Origin: Eledone cirrhosa
Taxonomy: Eukaryota
DNA length: 64,000 nucleotides
Direction of reading: 5' to 3'
Assembly: GCA_964016885.1 (NCBI GenBank)
Contig: OZ024742.1
Coordinates: 291,152,001-291,216,000 of the forward strand
The translations under genes and the position numbers were made by a program. Positions 11,885 through 24,779 of the stretch are shown one piece after another. How positions within the stretch are numbered: position 1 is the stretch's first letter; each line of letters opens with the position of its first letter. The notes beneath the pieces were generated by a model that worked only from the letters and a program-made list of their open reading frames with translations, made no database searches and was not told the DNA's origin.

Positions 11885-13599
11885 CACTGTGTAACAAAAA
11901 AATATTTTTTCTCTGTTCCTGGCTTGTAATCACTTTTTTTTGTGTTGCTTAGGTCCCAAATAAAAAAAAAAGTGCTATTAAACAGTTAAAAGTTTGGGTT
12001 TGTAAAAATTCTAAGCTATTCACTAGAATTATTTGTATGCTGGATTTTACGTTGTATGTAAGTTTAATTTGCTTATGTTAAATGATTTTTTAAATATATG
12101 TTTCAGGTTAAATTAAAATTATAAAATAAAGAGTAATACCTAAAGAAAATTATAAAAGTTCAATAAAGTATAAAATTGTTAAAAAGTGGATTAAAGAGAT
12201 TTATTGATACTGGATTTTCGCACCCTGAATAAAGGGTAAGTTTTGTTTTAAGCATTCGTCTCCAGGATGAAGCAGTGGAACTTGGTCAAGGAGGAAGTGC
12301 AGGTGACAAGTCAGAGAAGTTGACACAAACCTTTCTCAGGCTCTTACACTCTTAGGGATGGCCTCTGCTTCTGCCATGACATGTCTGGACTGTTTAACGT
12401 TATTGGGGTGCCATTTGTGCCCAAGGAGTGGTGGATATTTATAGACAGCTCCACCACAAGTTTGAAGGCTGTCCTACTCCACAATGGAAACAAGTTCCCG
12501 ACACTGCCCCTAGCTCATTCAGTCTGCACTACAGTGTGAAAGTCCTCTTGGAAGCTCTGCAATATAAAATCATTGGAGACTTCAAGATGGTGGCGTTTCT
12601 GATTGGACTCCAAGGAGGCTTTATCAAATTCCAATGCTTCCTCTGCCTTTGGGACAGTAGAGCCACATCTGACCACTACAAAAGAAAGAACTGGGAACAG
12701 CGAACAGAATTTGTAGTTGGGACCCGGAACGTCATGTGGGAGCCACTGGTTGATCCCAGGATTGTGCTCATGCCACCACTGCACATTAAGTTGGGGTTGA
12801 TGAAGCAGTTTATGAAGGCTCTCAACCAAGAATCAGCCACTTTTAAGTACTTTCTTGAGTTCTTTCCCAAGTTATCTGAGGCCAAAATCAAAGGTGGAGT
12901 TTTTGTTGGACCTCAGATAAAGAAGGTGTTTGAGTCTACCGAGTTCTCCAATAAGCTCAATAGGATTGAGAGAACAGCATGGAACTGTTTCAAGGCAGTT
13001 GTTAAGGGCTTCCTGGGCAACTACAGAGCTGAAAACTACCAGCAACTGGTGCAGGATCTGATAAAGGCTTTTGGCGCCATGGGATGCAGGATGTCGCTTA
13101 AACTCCATATGCTGGATGCTCACCTGGAAAAATTCAAGGACAATATGGGCGCCTACTCAGAAGAACAAGGCGAACGATTCCACCAAGATGTGAAAGAGAT
13201 AGAGCGGAGGTACCAGGGCCACTACAATGAAAAAATGATGGGGACTATATCTAGGGGCTAGTGCGGGAATGCGACCTGGACTACAACCGCAAATCCAGGA
13301 AATCCAGTCATTTCTGACGTGTATAAGTTGCTTTATAAGTGTTATTTGTTTTTACTTGTTTGCTTTTGATAAGCTTGTGTAATAAAATAAATATATACTC
13401 TGTTGATTTAATTATATGAACTGATAAATTAGAAAAAAATGTGTTTTTCTTGAAAAATATGAAAATTTCGAAATATCAAACTCCTGACTATAAACCCAAA
13501 CTTCTGATTAAATAATAGTGTTTTTTTTAATAATAATGGGATATAACAAACCATGAAATGACACTTAGAACCGGGGAACAAAAAATATCTTACACGGTG
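11885..13599 (+). mobile_element. Chapaev3-type (CMC) DNA transposon, internally deleted
   Basis: Termini CACTGTGTAA...TTACACGGTG with TAA target-site duplication (11882-11884, 13600-13602); encloses a transposase fragment. Confidence 0.8.
12428..13261 (+). pseudogene. Transposase C-terminal fragment (Chapaev3-like), frameshifted
   Basis: GDFKMV..LIGLQGG..CFLCLWDSR, PPLHIKLGLMKQF, MSLKLHML..H, SEEQGERFHQD motifs; N-terminus disrupted. Confidence 0.8.
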
Positions 13600-13893
13600 T
13601 AATCTGATATAATGCACTCAATATACTCTTGGGGTCTTGAATAATCCCCCCCCCCCCCCCGCTTATTAATTATTTAGATATTTCCAACCCTCTCCCCTGC
13701 TCTTATCCAGCCCCTATTTTCTCATTATTAATCTTGTGTTTGGAATATAATTTAACAAAGGTTCTTACATAAAATTATAAAGGAAGATTCTTTTGATAAA
13801 TATAAACATTTTAAAACAAACAATTTTATATCATAGAAGCTATGCTGAGCTTTGGTATGAGAAGAGTTAATTTTGATATTTTATGATTCACAG

Positions 13894-13969
13894 TCAAGAA
13901 ATGCAATTGGTTCATCTCAGAAAAAATGGCCAAATACCACCATTCCTTTCAGAATACATTCCTACTTTA
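13894..13969 (+). CDS. Astacin-MAM protease exon (SR|NAIGSSQKKWPNTTIPFRIHSYF; start of mature catalytic domain)
   Basis: R-NAI activation site and the conserved Trp-Pro of astacins; CAG/GTAAGT sites; phase consistent. Confidence 0.88.
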
Positions 13970-14985
13970 GTAAGTAATACTTTATCTACCGTTGTTATAC
14001 TTTAGTGATTCTTATTCTTTTAATCTTCTAATGGTACAAGTCATTAGACTGCAGCCATGTTAAAGCATCAACTTAATCCTTTAGCATTTAAACCGGCTGT
14101 ATCTGGCCAGAATTCTCTCATCTCTTTCTGTTCAAACCAACCATAACTAACCACTCATACTGATGTTAAGGTATTGTTCTCAAAATAAATGACATCAAAA
14201 TCTCATAGATTTGATATTATGTGAGATAATTATATGAGGTAAAGCCTTTACCACAAAAATACAATAGTATGTATAGAGTAATGTAAATGCTAAAGGGTAA
14301 TGGGCTTTTAGCTGATCATATCAACCCCAGAACTTAATTTCTTCAGTCTAGTGTATATTTTATTGATCTCATTTTTTTTATCAAACACAGACAGAGATAC
14401 AAATGTAAACATAGACTTGAACACACACACGCACACACATACTACACAATCACACACACTACACACACGCAAACATAAATAATCTTTCTATATGATAACA
14501 TTTTGGGGGATTGTCATAAACCATTCTATGGACTTGACTATTTAACACAATAAAATAGACATAAATTCCTTTTAAAATTGTCACTAGTCATGTTCACTAA
14601 ACTATGATACTCAATTTTTGTCTCAAAATCTACAAAAAAAAATTCTAATTCTAATCACATGATCATCAATTTTGGGTGCAAAAAACTACACAACTCTATA
14701 CCTAATCACGTGATCTTCCACAACCTATCCAATTCTACTTTATATAGATAGCAGTCTGGGCCACTTTTTTTTGCATAAAACAGAATTAAATTTCCCAAAA
14801 CATCACATGCGAGACATATCACCACATAGCTACACATCTCTCCTTCTCACTTAAATTTTGAAAATCATCCAAACGTGAAACCAGCAAAGTTATTATCAAT
14901 AAATATTCTTAAATACCCCTACTGCATTTTCAACTTCTTGTTTGTATATGTTTTTACCCATGTAGGATCTAAAAAACCTTACTTT

Positions 14986-15025
<40 letters not shown>

Positions 15026-15034
15026 ACAATATGC

Positions 15035-15318
15035 CCCCCCCCCCACCGCAAGGTGGTCGTGGAGGTGCCACGGCAAAAAAAGCACCCAGCCCACACTGTA
15101 AAGTGGACGTGTAGGCGCCACGAAAAAGCACCCAGCACTCACTGTAAATGAGGTTGGTGTTAGGAAGGGCATCCAGCTGTAGAAATCAAGCCAGATCAGT
15201 TCCTGTATGAGCAAGGCATGGTCAGCCGACCAGACACTGCCCACAACAGGACAACCCGTCTAACCCATGCTAGCGTGGAAGAACGGACGTAAAACGGTGA
15301 TGATGATGATGATGATAA

Positions 15319-15320
<2 letters not shown>
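15035..15320 (+). mobile_element. RTE LINE 3'UTR fragment with (GAT)n tail
   Basis: Matches ~24440-24733. Confidence 0.75.
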
Positions 15321-15359
<39 letters not shown>

Positions 15360-15915
15360 AACGAGTAGGACCCCGACGGCTGAGCTCAAGCCATTTCGAT
15401 GGCTAATTCTGGACTCACTCTACTACCCTAAGTATTGAGTACTTTGGTGCGTTATGGTCCATCTGGTTCCTTACCACATTTCCTTCGTTATATATATATA
15501 TCAAGATAAGCAGAACAAGTAAAATTCAACCAATTTTTCAAATAAATCAAAATTAATATACAATTAAAATTAATCAAATATCACAGATACTCAGTCTCAA
15601 TGCTTTATATTTTGTAATTGTATGTAGGTCTATATACACCTTTTAAAATGTGTATATGTGTGTATGTGAGTGTGTGCATGTGTGTATGTGAGTTCCGGTT
15701 TCAATTGGGGGTAACCACAGTAAGTAAGGTACTCAATACATTAGTAGAGTGTATACAACAAATTTAATATAGAAATTGCTTCTATAAGACCAGACCTCAA
15801 AAGCATTTCCATGTAAAATGGCAAGTGACAACTGCTACAACAGCCACCCTACCCCGTGGCGCTCCCTATAGTTAGTGCTATCACTAATTACTTATCAACA
15901 TTCTTCTATTTGTAG

Positions 15916-16051
15916 GTAAATACGAGAAACAAGAGTTTGTTGCAGCAATGAAACATATAGAAGACATGTCACGGGTCAATGGCAAGAATTGTATTACATT
16001 TGTTAACCAGACACATGAAAATATCTATCTGTTTTTTGCTACTGGAAGAGG
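15916..16051 (+). CDS. Astacin-MAM protease exon (KYEKQEFVAAMKHIEDMSRVNGKNCITFVNQTHENIYLFFATGR-G)
   Basis: AM..IE..CI.F astacin pattern; TAG/GTAAGT sites; 136 nt, phase 1-2. Confidence 0.9.
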
Positions 16052-16057
16052 GTAAGT

Positions 16058-16575
16058 CATCATCATCATCATTATCAGCAGCAACAGCATCACTATCATC
16101 ATCATCATAATCATTATAAGCTTAGTCTTCGTCATCACCATCATCCTGATCATTGCCATCATCATCATCATCATCATCGTAATCAATACAATCTTAATCT
16201 TCGTCATCATCATCATCATCGTCATCATCAACATAATCATTATAATCTTTACCTTTGTCATCATTACCATCATTCCCATTATCGTCATCTTCATCATTTT
16301 CATTACCATCATTATCATTTTCATCTTCATCATCATCATCATCATTATAATCTTAATTTTCGTCATCATCACCATCATCCCGATCATTGCCATCTTCATC
16401 ATCATCATCATCATCATCATCAATAAAATCTTAATCTTCATCATCATCACCATCATCATCTGTCTTTATCATTTTCATTATCATCATTATCATCATCATC
16501 AACATAATCATTATAATATTTACCTTTGTCATCATTACCATCATTCCCATTATCGTCATCTTCATCATTTTCCAT
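16058..16575. repeat. (CAT)n-derived degenerate intronic repeat
   Basis: Directly visible, begins just after the donor site. Confidence 0.9.
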
Positions 16576-16791
16576 GATATAATTGCATTAATTTTAACAT
16601 ACAGTCTCAGATCAAGTCACGTACCAGACAAGTCCAACTGTGATTAAAATAACACTTCCATGATATAATTGCATTCATTTCAGTCACAATTTCAGATTAA
16701 GTTATAACTCTGTATAACAAGTATAACTCTGAAACTTTCTCTTCTTTTAAGTTTTGATATTTGTTGTTGTTTTTGTTATATTTGATGACAG

Positions 16792-16967
16792 GTGTCATAG
16801 TCCAGTTGGCTTCAAAGATAAATCTCAAGGTGTGTCCCTTGGTCATGGTTGCCGAGACATGGGCACAACTGTACATGAAACATTGCACAATTTAGGATTT
16901 TATCATGAACAAAGTCGACCTGACAGAGATTTATACATTAAATTAAATATGACCAATGTCCAAAAAG
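16792..16967 (+). CDS. Astacin-MAM protease exon with the zinc-binding motif
   Basis: CHSPVG...GC...HETLHNLGFYHEQSRPDRD = HExxHxxGxxHExxRxDRD astacin signature; CAG/GTAAGA sites. Confidence 0.97.
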
Positions 16968-17019
16968 GTAAGATCTTCATATTTTAACAACTGCTTTAAT
17001 TCAATCATGTTCTGAAGGA

Positions 17020-17415
17020 GCTGGAGATCTCTCATTTCTAACGTAAACTGTCGCTGTACTTATCACCCATACTCCAGAGGTTGGAAATCTCTCCTTTCCA
17101 ACATAGTCAGTCTTTGTACTTATCAACTAAATTCCTAAAGTTGGGGACCTCTTGTTTCCAACATAGTCTATCTCTGTACTTATCACCCAAACTCCTGAGG
17201 TTGGAGATCTCTACTTTCCAACATAGTCTGCCTTTGTACTTATCAACTAAACTCCTAAAGCTAGAAATCTCTTGTTTCCAACATAGTCTGTCTTTGTACT
17301 TATCAACTAAACTGCTAAAGCTGGAGATCTCTTGTTTCCAATATAGTCTGTTTTTGTACTTATCACCCAAACTCCAGAGGCTGGAGATCTTTTGTTACCA
17401 ACGTAGTCTGTCTCT
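17020..17415. repeat. 60-bp minisatellite, ~6.5 copies, intronic
   Basis: Unit ~ACATAGTCTGTCTTTGTACTTATCAACTAAACTCCTAAAGCTGGAGATCTCTTGTTTCCA repeats in register every 60 nt. Confidence 0.9.
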
Positions 17416-18093
17416 ATGAGACTTATTTCTATTGTTATATTAAGAAATTTTCTTGAACAGTTAAACATGAGGAGGAGCCCAATTCCTTGCTCACAGATGA
17501 TGTTGTTATTTATCAGTTATACATGAGTATGGTACTCAATTCCTTGCACACACAATTTCTTTGTAAAACTACAGTTAATATTGCTGCCCATCAGTTTAGA
17601 ATAGATTTTTTCCTGCTGGGACAGACTTATTTAGAAAGGACTCTGTACTCACCTTGCCAGGACCTTGTTATGAAGCATTGCAATATTTATTAACAGAAGC
17701 AGTCCTCCATCCCATAATCCACTGCACCGTTGGGTATACCCTTCAGTTGTTCTATGACTGATTATTCATTATTCTATATTATAATAAAAGCACTGTCCGT
17801 CCATCACATTCACTTTATATATATAGAGGAAGGTGACAAGCAAGAGATATGTACAAAGATAGAGAGAGAAAAGGGAACACCATGTGTTTTCGAGGAGACA
17901 GAAAGAGGTAGATAGACAGAAAGTTATGACGCTGCCCTCATCTATATAGAGAGAGGCGGAGCACCAAGTGAATGAGATGTACATAAACAGAGAGAGAGTG
18001 TGTGTATATGACAGATAGAGGGAGAAGAAGTCACCTTCATCTAATTATTATAAAGCATGATGGCTCATTTCCTCATTTTTTATTCTCTTTCAG

Positions 18094-18336
18094 GCCATGA
18101 AAAAAATTTCCTGAAATTGTATCCTCCATTAATAGATACCCAGAACCTTCCATATGATTACAGTTCTATAATGCATTATGGGCCAAATGCTTTTGCCATA
18201 GACCGTGAGATTCCAACAATCATTCCCTTGAAGAAAGATGTAGTAATTGGACAAAGGAATGGCATGAGTCAGTTGGATGTTATTCAATTACAGAGACTCT
18301 ATAAATGTCCTGAGCGAGAATATATCCAAATACAAG
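18094..18336 (+). CDS. Astacin-MAM protease exon with the Met-turn
   Basis: LPYDYSSIMHYG (SxMHY), IGQRNGMSQLD..LYKC; CAG/GTAGTA sites; 243 nt, phase 1-1. Confidence 0.96.
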
Positions 18337-19182
18337 GTAGTAAAAATCATCTTCATTATGTAATTTAGTTTTTATCAGTCATAACCATTAATGTTTTATC
18401 TGTAATCTATGTATAAATTTCTGCAATTCTATCACTACATGTAAACAGAGAGGAGTAGTTTGACTACTTCATACTACAACTTTTTCTTTACATCTGCTGC
18501 TTGCATGAATTTATATGTGTGTAAAAGGAAGGAAAGGGATGGTGAAAAAACTATGGAGTGTGTGAGTGTTTGTGTAAATGTATATGTGTGTGTTTGTGTG
18601 AGTGTATGTCTGTGAGTGTGTATTTTTGTAAGTTTGTCTGTGTTTGTGCATTTATATTTATATACTCATATATATAAATGTATGCATATGCATATACACA
18701 CACTTACATATACACCTAGTAATGTTAAAATAGTTTAAATCTGTCCCAAACCCAGAGGCTCAACAGGTCAGAGGTTATTGTGGTTTCACTGACATGAAGA
18801 AGACTTATGTTCCTGGACAGGACATAAGTCCATTACAAGGTTAACTATCAACTGCTGCTAGTACTCATTTTTCCAGCTAGAAGTAACATGAAATAAAGTG
18901 TCTTGCTTAAGAACACAATGCACAACCTAGTACACAAGGCACTCATGATCTTGCAATTGTAAACCCAACACCCCAATGACTAGGCTTTGTGCCTGTTATT
19001 TCTGTAATAACCTACAATATTATTATTGTAATAGTTTACACCACCACCACCATCATTACCATCCTCATCCTCCTCCTCATCATCATCACCACCACCATCA
19101 TCATTATCATCACCACCATGAACACCACAACTATTTCTGTATAAATATATTATATAAAGATATATATATATGTATCTTTCAG

Positions 19183-19347
19183 CCAATGTAGTTTCCCCCA
19201 ATTGTACATTTGATGGAGGAATGTGTGGCTGGGAAAACGTGGAGATGGTTCCTTCAATAAAGAACAACACTTGGTTACGTCAAAATGCAGACACTCTCAG
19301 TTTACACACTGGACCAATGGTGGATCATACCATTGGTACCATCGATG
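19183..19347 (+). CDS. Astacin-MAM protease, MAM domain exon 1
   Basis: NCTFDGGMCGW...W.R...TGPMVDHTIGT = MAM N-terminal motif; 165 nt, phase 1-1. Confidence 0.93.
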
Positions 19348-19771
19348 GTAAGGTAAACCTTTTTATTTGTATCATTGTTGTAGACTTAATTTTGGATGGT
19401 AGATTCAACCCTTTAGCATTTACATTACTCTATATTTACTATTGTATTTTTGTGGTAAGGCTTTACCTCACATAATTATGTCACATAATATTGAATCTAT
19501 GAGATTTTGAGATTATTTATTTTGAAAACAATACCTTAACATTGGTATAAGGGGTTGGTTATGGCTAGTTTGAACAGAAAGAGGAGTGAGAATTTTGGTC
19601 AGATATGGTTGGTTTAAATGCTAAAGGGTTAATCTTGGGTCCTCCATGTATATCCAGTTTGATAACAATATGATCACAATCTAATGAGTAGAATCAGTAC
19701 AAGAATATAAAATGTTTAGTTCACAACTTGTCTTTCAACTTGAGAATATCCCCAACATTCTATAATTTCAG

Positions 19772-20019
19772 GTTACTACATCTTCACAGAAGCCTCTTCA
19801 AATTACCATTCTATAGCAAAAATCCGCTCCCCAAAAGTGACACCGGGAGTGCACTGTCTTCAATTTTGGTTCCACATGTATGGTAAAGATATGGGGTCTC
19901 TAAGGGTAAATATAGTTACTGGTGGACAGAAAACTATAAATCTTGCTACAATGAATGGAAACATGGGTAATAAGTGGGTACCCAAGAAGATTGAATTTAC
20001 TGCTACAGACGATACACAG
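19772..20019 (+). CDS. Astacin-MAM protease, MAM domain exon 2
   Basis: GYYIFTEAS..AKIRSP..HCLQFWFHMYGKDMGSLRV..GNMGNKW; CAG/GTAAGT sites; ends in phase 0. Confidence 0.93.
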
Positions 20020-20361
20020 GTAAGTGTTGTCACCATAACTGTTACCTACACCCATAGGTGTCATACTAGCCTTCACATACATAGATACATGCATATATAT
20101 ATTTATTATTTGTACAGAAAAATTACAATGAAACAGTGCTCAGGTGCACTACAATTCATCAAATAGATCCTGTAAAAGGGTGAAAGTAGGGATTCCTTAC
20201 TTAAAGTTAATCTGTACAAATAATAAATATTTGCTCTACGGGTTTTATATATATATATTTTTTTTATATATATAATCCTTATTAAGCCCTCTTCGGATTT
20301 TAGTCTTCATAATTATTATTATATATATATAGAGAGAGAGAGAGGGAGAGAGAGAAAGAGA

Positions 20362-21212
20362 GAGAATAGGATTGGCTGTGTAGTTGCTAGTTAAGGTAGC
20401 TTAAAATGGAGTGAGAACTCTCTCCATTTTAAGCTACCTTAACTAACAACTACACAGCCAATCCTATTCTCCATATATTTTATGTTTCGCTGTGACCAGT
20501 CTTCTCTCACCTTCTACCTACCTATTTCGTTACTATCTACTCTCACCCCTCTTTCTTCCTCTCCCTTTCTCCCTCTCACTTTCACTCATCCTCTCTCTGC
20601 CAGCCACCTCATTGTTTCCCTCGCCTGACCCTCTAGCAGTCCTTTTCTCACTTACACTCGCTGGGGTCAGACGTGTCTTTTCGCTTGCCCACACACTCTT
20701 GAACTTAAGTTCTCTTATTGCTGTGGTCTTGGATTTTCTTACCTTAAGTTGCTCGCACATTGCTCGATTTGTTGTTTTATTCACTGTTCTCTCTTTTCTT
20801 CCCCTTTTCCCCTCTATTTTCCTTCCATTCCTCCTCCATTTTCCCAATAACTTACCCAGTTATTGAACGCTCTGGACGGTAGATATATTGTCTTTAAAGC
20901 GTGGAAATATCCGAACCCCCAGTAGACAACTGATGAGGAAAACTCCCCCCCCCCGTTCTTTCCTTCTTCTTATCCACACTCCATTTTAAGCTACCTTAAC
21001 TAACAACTACACAGCCAATCCTATTCTCCATATATTTCATCATGTTTTTCTGTGACCAGTCTTCTCTCTCTTTCTACCTACCTATTTTGTTACTATCTAC
21101 TCTTACCCCTCTTTCTTCCTTTCCCTTTCTCCCTCTCATTTTCACTCATCCTCCCTCTGTCAGCCACCTCATTGTTTCCCTTGCCTGACCCTCTAGCATT
21201 TCTTTTCTCACT
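20362..21212. repeat. Short foldback (20362-20470) plus partial direct repeat (~20421-20652 vs ~20980-21212); Penelope-like insertion remnant
   Basis: GAGAATAGGATTGGCTGTGTAGTTG..AAAATGGAG versus its reverse complement; two similar ORFs at 20492 and 21052; a CTGATGA remnant at ~20930. Confidence 0.6.
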
Positions 21213-21416
21213 TATATATATATATATATATGATATCGTAATAATAAATACAAAGACCAAAATCTGAAGAGTGCTCAATAAGAATTGTATATATAAATAT
21301 ATATAAAACCATAGAGCAAATATTTATTATTAATACAGATTAAAGTTTAAACAAGGAATTTCTACTTTCACCCTATATGGGACTTTTGCTTGAAATTTAA
21401 TCTGTAATAATAATAA

Positions 21417-21448
<32 letters not shown>

Positions 21449-21756
21449 ATGAAATACACACACACACACACATGTATGTATATATACTTAAAAGGTGAAG
21501 GTGAAAATGCACAGAAGTATATTTAAAGATTATTTTTATTTAATCCGACAGAATGAATAATTTTATAATTGTTGCGTTAAATATAACCAGTTTCGAATGG
21601 CATAACAATCGTATCAAATATTAAATATTAAATAAATGTTTTTCATGTATTCTATGAGCAGTTTGTATATATGAATATATATATATATATATAGTGGTAG
21701 AACACTGGAAGGTAATATCCGTAGTGGTAGAGCACTCAGTCCATGGGACGAGTTAG

Positions 21757-21909
21757 GTAGAAGTGGTTACACAACAGTTAGTTCACCTTGCCGGATCCTC
21801 AGCTCGTAATGGACATGGTTATACGTATAACCATGTCCATTACGAGCTGAGGATCCGCTAAGATGAAACAATCGTTCTCAGTATGGTGAACTAACTGTTC
21901 CGTAACCAC

Positions 21910-21914
<5 letters not shown>
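21757..21914. repeat. Foldback with a perfect 66-bp central palindrome (21792-21857)
   Basis: CGGATCCTCAGCTCGTAATGGACATGGTTATAC|GTATAACCATGTCCATTACGAGCTGAGGATCCG plus outer inverted arms. Confidence 0.9.
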
Positions 21915-21975
<61 letters not shown>

Positions 21976-22010
21976 TTATATGTATATACATGTATATATG
22001 TATATATATC

Positions 22011-22526
22011 TCCACCATCTGAGTGAGTTTCTTGGTCAGTGTCCAAATCTCAGACCCGTACAGCAGCACAGACTCCACTACAGCAATGAAGAGGCAGATT
22101 TTCAGGTCTTCATGAAGGTCTGAGACTTGGACACTGACCAAGAAACTCACTCAGATGGTGGATGGGTGCTACATGAGAATGCTGAGGATGGCTCTGAACA
22201 TTAATCAGTATACACCGAGGATAAAAAACTCAGAACTGTATGGGAGCCTCCCAAAAGTCAGCTCAAAAGTGACACAGAGGAGACTGAGGTTAGCTGGACA
22301 TGCTCACCGACATCCAGAGTTGACATTGCACTCAGTACTCCCGTGGGAGCCCCTGCATGGACACACTGGTAGAGGTAGACCGAGGTTAACATATGTTGAT
22401 GCCCTAAGGACAGACACTGGTTTGTTGGAGACACAGGACATGGCAGCGATAATGAGGGACAGAGACCACTGGAGAGAACTCGTCCACGGATCTCGGGAAT
22501 TTTACCCACCCTAGAAAGAAAAAAAA
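22011..22526 (+). mobile_element. Short LINE 3' fragment (RTE-like, different family) with 5' inversion
   Basis: + strand GSETWTLTKK..RMLRMAL..RRLRLAGH..GRPRLTY; the upstream coding piece (ESVLLYGSEIW) lies inverted at 22011-22115. Confidence 0.8.
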
Positions 22527-23136
22527 TATATATATATATACTATAGAGTAAAGCATGTCCAGAGAATTATTTGATAATATATATACATCATCTCTACTCC
22601 CAATCAGCATAATTAACCACACAAAAAATCAATTAGACCAGGCTATAAGAATAAAAGACACCTATGAAGAAACAGTAAATAAATACGCCACAGCAGCGTC
22701 TTCGCGTCCAACTGCTATAGAATATTTACCCAACATTTCAACAGCACGTGGAAATTAATTAAATATACGGTCAACCATACATAATTAGGTAAAAATTAAA
22801 GTTAGAAATGCTTATATACATACCAGGATTAAATCACTAAATCTCGACCCATCCATGGGTTTTGCTCACATTTTGAGATATCATATTAAGGATATCTCGA
22901 GTTTAGAGCTCATCAGGGGACAAACTCGCTAGGACAGATTATTTTCCGAAGTGGGCCCCGCCAAACACGAATTCAAAATGTTTGAGAACTGTGACGTGGC
23001 AGTGGTCAAGTCAGGAAGGGTGTGATTGGTTGCTTATGGCGAGTGGTTTGGTTGCTAGAAAGCACAGCCCAATATCGCCCAAATTGTATCTCAACCTTAT
23101 GGGAGATTATTAAATATAAATATTTACACATACACC

Positions 23137-23203
<67 letters not shown>

Positions 23204-23223
23204 TATATACATATATATATATC

Positions 23224-23455
23224 ATTTCATCATCATCATCATTTCATTTTACGTCTGCTTTTCCCTGCTAGCAAGGGTGGGATGGGAACTGATTCTGGCT
23301 TGATTTCTACAGCTGGATGCCCTTCCTAACACCAACCTCATTTACAGTGAGTGCTGGGTGCTTTTTTTTTGCCGTGGCACCTCCACGACCACTTTGCAGT
23401 GGAATGATATGGACCCCAGTCCTATCATCTCATTTCTACAGCTGAGTAAACTGAG
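23224..23455 (-). mobile_element. CORE-SINE family A, 3' part
   Basis: Reverse complement of ~7735-7945. Confidence 0.75.
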
Positions 23456-23554
23456 TAAAATATATATATATATATACACATATATATACATATAAATATA
23501 TATATACATATATATATATATACACATATATATACATATAAATATATATATACA

Positions 23555-23601
<47 letters not shown>

Positions 23602-23605
<4 letters not shown>

Positions 23606-24733
23606 AGAACCCAGATCCCCTCAGGGAAATGGCCTTGCTCAGTATGTAGGAAAGGTGTAGGTAGGAACTCTATTCTCTGCCCCAAATGCAAACAATGGGT
23701 ACACAAGAGATGTAGTGGGATCTCAGGAAGCTTAATTAAGAATGTAGGCTTCACATGCAGCAGCTGTACTGGAACAGCAAGCAGCAAACAGCCACAGGAA
23801 ACAAGTACCACCAATCTCTGGGAGGGCTCTGTAGAGACAGTAGACAGCTTCTGCTACCTAGGTGACCGAATTAGCAGCAGAGGTGGGTGTTCAGAAAGTA
23901 CAATAACTAGGGTAAGAACAGGATGGAAGAAGTTCAGGGAACTACTACCACTGCTAGCTGCAAAAGGCTTCTCCCTCAAAATGAAAGGCAGACTGTATGA
24001 TGCGTGTATCCGAACAGCGATGTTACATGGTAGTGAGACCTGGGCACTGAAGGTGGAAGACTTACGTAGATTAGAGAGAAATGAAGCCTGCATGCTCCGA
24101 TGGATGTGTAATAGTAATATACGCGAACGACAAAGTATAAATGAATTGAGAGAGAGACTGAGCATAAGAGGTATCAAATGCTGTGTGCAGGAGATGCGGA
24201 TGCGTTGGTATGGACATGTGATGCGTATGAAGGATGACAGCTGCATAAAAAGGTGCAGAGCACTAGAAGTCAATAGAAGCCGTGGAGTGGGGAGACCCAA
24301 GAAGACCTGGGATGAGGTGATAAAAGCCGACCTTACCCAATTACACCTCTCAAAGGCGATGACACACGACCGTGACCTCTGGCGTCATGCAGTAATACAG
24401 AGTACCCGACCTCCCATGGGTACAAGCTGAAGCGTATAGACAATATGCCCCCACACCCTCCCACTGCAAGGTGGTCATGGAGGTGCCACGGTAAAAAAGG
24501 ACCCAGCCCACACTGCAAAGTGGACGTGTAGGTGCCACGAAAAAGCACCCAGCACTCACTGTAAATGAGGTTGGTGTTAGGAAGGGCATCCAGCTCTAGA
24601 AATCAAGCCAAATCAGTTCCTGTATGAGCAAAGCATGGTCAGCCGACCGGACACTGCCCACAACAGGACAACCCGTCTAACCCATGCTAGCGTGGAAGAA
24701 CGGACGTAAAACGGTGATGATGATGATGATGAT
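23602..24733 (+). mobile_element. 5'-truncated RTE-clade LINE
   Basis: ORF 23558-24430 is nearly identical to 6275-7084; 3'UTR and (GAT)n tail present. Confidence 0.9.
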
Positions 24734-24779
24734 ATGCATGTATTTATATATTTATACATATATATATGTATGTATATAT

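Noticed and set aside
16025-16459. Met-rich 144-aa ORF
   Set aside because: Antisense translation of an intronic (CAT)n repeat
17081-17419. Leucine-rich-repeat-like ORF
   Set aside because: Frame of a 60-bp intronic minisatellite; the flanking exons (16967 and 18094) join in phase without it
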